Source of the DNA: Eledone cirrhosa
Lineage: Eukaryota
DNA: 64,000 bases
NCBI GenBank assembly: GCA_964016885.1
Contig: OZ024743.1
Coordinates: 187,798,001-187,862,000 of the forward strand
Reading direction: 5' to 3'
The translations under genes were made by a program, and so were the position numbers. The notes under the pieces were generated by a model. The model was given only the letters and a program-made list of their open reading frames with translations. It was not told the DNA's origin and made no database searches. This document shows positions 61,011 to 64,000 of the stretch, one piece after another (position 1 is the stretch's first letter; each line of letters starts with the position of its first letter).

Positions 61011-61562
61011 AACACACACACACCTATATATGTTTATGTATATAGCCATACATACATTCTCACATATACCTATATATAGCTAAAACTATTTAAATCTTAT
61101 GAATAATCTCTGGAAATGTTTGAAGAAATGAAAAATACCATAGATACTAGTAGGATTGCTGTACTGATCTGTCTTCGATTTTATTATCAGTCTTTCATTA
61201 TTGTCATCGATTTTTATGCCCATTTTACCGCACAGGCATGAATTGGACATGTACTTTTCAGGAGAAGAAAGGTGTATTGGGTGCTTGTTCAGTTAATGTT
61301 TGGCTATTTTATGTATACATGCACATAAAACACCCTCTTCTCTATATATGTATACACACACACAGACTATGATCTTCATAGAGTTTTACCCCATCAAATT
61401 CCCTCACAAAGCATTGGTCAGCCTGAAGCTATAGTAGAGAACTCTTGCCCAAGGTGCCACTCAGTGGGATTCAAACCAAACCCATGTAGTTGTGCAGAGA
61501 ACCATTACTGAAGTTATTTTATTAATCCCAGGCTGATTAGAAATGAATGAAGCACTGTAACA

Positions 61563-61781
61563 CAGGCATGTAAAATATATGTCCCATGGGCTGCATGCAG
61601 CCATTTACAAGCAGATCTGCACCCCGTACAAATGTTTTTACAATGTGAGCATGTTTTATCTTCATAATATAAAATTAAAAAAATTAGTTGTTATGTGCAC
61701 AATTAGTTGTCATGTGTGGCCCCCAGACAACACATATGTGACCCATGTGGTCCTCGGGGAACTCTCAGTTTGACATGCCTG
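61563..61781. mobile_element. hAT-type MITE
   Basis: TIRs CAGGCATGT and ACATGCCTG, subterminal TGTGGCCC-like motifs, 8-bp TSD CTGTAACA / CTCTAACA. Confidence 0.75.
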
Positions 61782-61827
61782 CTCTAACACATCTAATTTG
61801 TCTATATACTGTCTCTACCATACCCAC

Positions 61828-62262
61828 TGACAGTATCAGTATGGTGTCGGGCAACATGCTTTGTGGCATAGTTACTACCTTTTATGTTCTGAGATGAACT
61901 CCCACCAAGGTTAGCTATGCTTTTCAACCTTACAGGGTCGATAAAATAAAGTACCAGTAACACACTGGGATTGATTTAATCAACTTTCTCCTCCTCCAAT
62001 ATGTTCAGCTTTATGCCTATTATTATTACTACCACTAGGGCGATAGATTGGCAGTATTGGTAGAATATTGGACAAAATGTTTTGTGGTACATATTTATGG
62101 CTCTTTACATTCTAAGTTCAAATACAGAGACAGTTAAATTTGACTTTTAGCCTTCCAGAATTGATAAAAGAAAGCACCAGTCAATTACTGGGGTTAATAT
62201 AATCAACTTTAATTTTTCCCCTAATTGCTGTTATTGTACCAATATTAGAAATAATTATTATA
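61828..62262 (+). mobile_element. Two older, diverged Nin/Deu-like tRNA SINEs in tandem
   Basis: GGGTCGATAAAATAAAGTACCAG at about 61935. The second copy starts GGGCGATAGATTGGCAGTATTGGTAG at about 62038. Confidence 0.7.
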
Positions 62263-63789
62263 ACTAACACTAATCTTCACATCTTCCTTAGCATCATCAT
62301 CTATATAAACATGACAAATGGTTATCCTCACACCATTTTATCTTCGCCATTGCCTTAAATCCCTTGAGCCTCACACTGCTAGAAGTATCAGCTATATTTC
62401 TCTGAAACAAATCCATTTGCACGTTACACAACATGAAATCATCACATTACTCCCAAGCCATTGATGAAGCCTCAACTTAGAAGTAGCTACCTAATCTTAA
62501 ATCCACCACATCACACCCAACCCTCTTAGAAAGGAGCAGGTTAGATAATATGATTTTTGGCTCATTGCACATAGAACAGAGATAGGAATACCTTTGATCA
62601 TAAATCTGCTTCATCAAGGCTAACTTAGGATTAAATAATAGCAACAACATCCACACCACACTCTACCACTAATATGCAAAAGCGCATTACAAATCACACC
62701 AAAAATCAATTTCACTACATAGGTAGGATACACCACCACTACTAAATTTTCAAATCACCACATTACACCACAGAAGGAGCCACTATGTAGTCCCTCAAAA
62801 TGTTAGTAAAAACAGCCAAATATCCTTCATTTTACAGAGTTTTGTCTTTTTAAAAAGGACATATTGAATAATGTAGGCCTGACTAAAAGACAGAATATTC
62901 ATGACTGGAAACATTTTGATGATAAATTTACTTAGCCAGCTCTGGCCTGGGGCTAAATAGCAACATTACCAGCCAAACAAAAGATTTTGGGATTTCACCT
63001 ATATCACATATTTCAACTTTTATCCTTTTAAGGTTAATAATTTAAGTAAAATTATTTAAGCATTGAATAAGATGCCTTGCGGTATCTGTTTCACCTCTTT
63101 ACATTCTGAGTTTAAACTCTGCAATGTTGCCAATGGCTGCTAATCATCTAACTATAGAAGCACCTAATCATCTCTCAATTGGCTAATATGAACGGATAGG
63201 CCTAGAACCAACATAAATATACCACCAGTGGATTGAAAATTATTGAATGGCTAAATGGAATAGACACTGGTGTGTTCCATCAAAACCGAGTGGATAAAGA
63301 AGAACAAAAACATGATTCACTTTTGACATCAAAATATCTCAAAGCTGAAAAAGCAGCAAACTGGTCACAGCAAAGCCATATTGCCACACAGCCACCCACA
63401 TTGTGATAAAGTAGACAGTACATTTCTAGAACAGATGATAAAAAAACGTTAGAATAATGTGGAAACGTGTCTAGAATTCTTTCATGTACTTACTGAAAAA
63501 TTAACAAAGTGAAAAAAAAGATTTTAATATCCAGTTATAAAATGGTACAGCTTAGAAATTACTAAAAGGATAAGTGTGAGGAAGGCCATCTGACTGTAAA
63601 CTATTGCCAATAGTCCCAACCAACCCATGTCATTATGGAAAAGTTAACATAAAATCAACAGCGAAGATGATGAGGATATACTCCTATATCCATAATTGAC
63701 TATTATTTTTTTCCTTTCATTTGCTATTTGATTATATTTTAGCTTTTTAATGCCCTAAACAATATGGTTTACCTTGTGAATAGCTCATA

Positions 63790-63980
63790 TATGAGAGTTG
63801 CCGGAAAAGTTCATAGACTGACTACAAAGAATTCATGCTAGAGCTGTAAAATCTTGCGTGCATTAATTTCAACTCTTCTTATTAATAACTGCATTGTTTC
63901 TTTCTAGGGACTATGTTGAAAAATAAACCTCATTTGATCATTCCATGAGAGTATCTTGGTCAGCCTATGAACTTTTCTCC
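63790..63980 (+). mobile_element. MITE / internal deletion derivative of the 48227-51554 mariner
   Basis: The 5' part matches 48235-48340 and is joined directly to a part matching 51470-51540 (ACTATGTTGAAAAATAAACCTCATT...GGTCAGCCTATGAACTTT). Confidence 0.85.
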
Positions 63981-64000
63981 CAAAGAATTTATAGGCACCC

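Overview
AT-rich metazoan genomic DNA that is almost entirely transposon-derived, with no convincing host gene, rRNA, tRNA gene or CRISPR array. The repeat repertoire (RTE LINEs with (GAT)n tails, tRNA-derived CORE-like and Nin/Deu-like SINEs, long (TA)n tracts) suggests a cephalopod such as Octopus, but this is inference. The window holds at least seven copies of one young RTE LINE family with a PHD-type zinc finger inside the RT domain, plus other RTE families, two of them with twin-priming-type 5' inversions. An 11.8-kb block (35.0-46.9 kb) contains two Tx1/L1-clade LINEs, each preceded head-to-head by the 3' end of an R4/Dong-type RLE retrotransposon, in (TTA)n context and bracketed by a 30-bp direct repeat. 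Also present are three mariner elements that each carry an RTE insertion, a mariner MITE, two hAT MITEs, a Helitron deletion derivative, a Tigger/pogo relic, and several foldback palindromes with Penelope-type minimal hammerhead motifs. All family assignments come from motif recognition by eye; no database searches were run.
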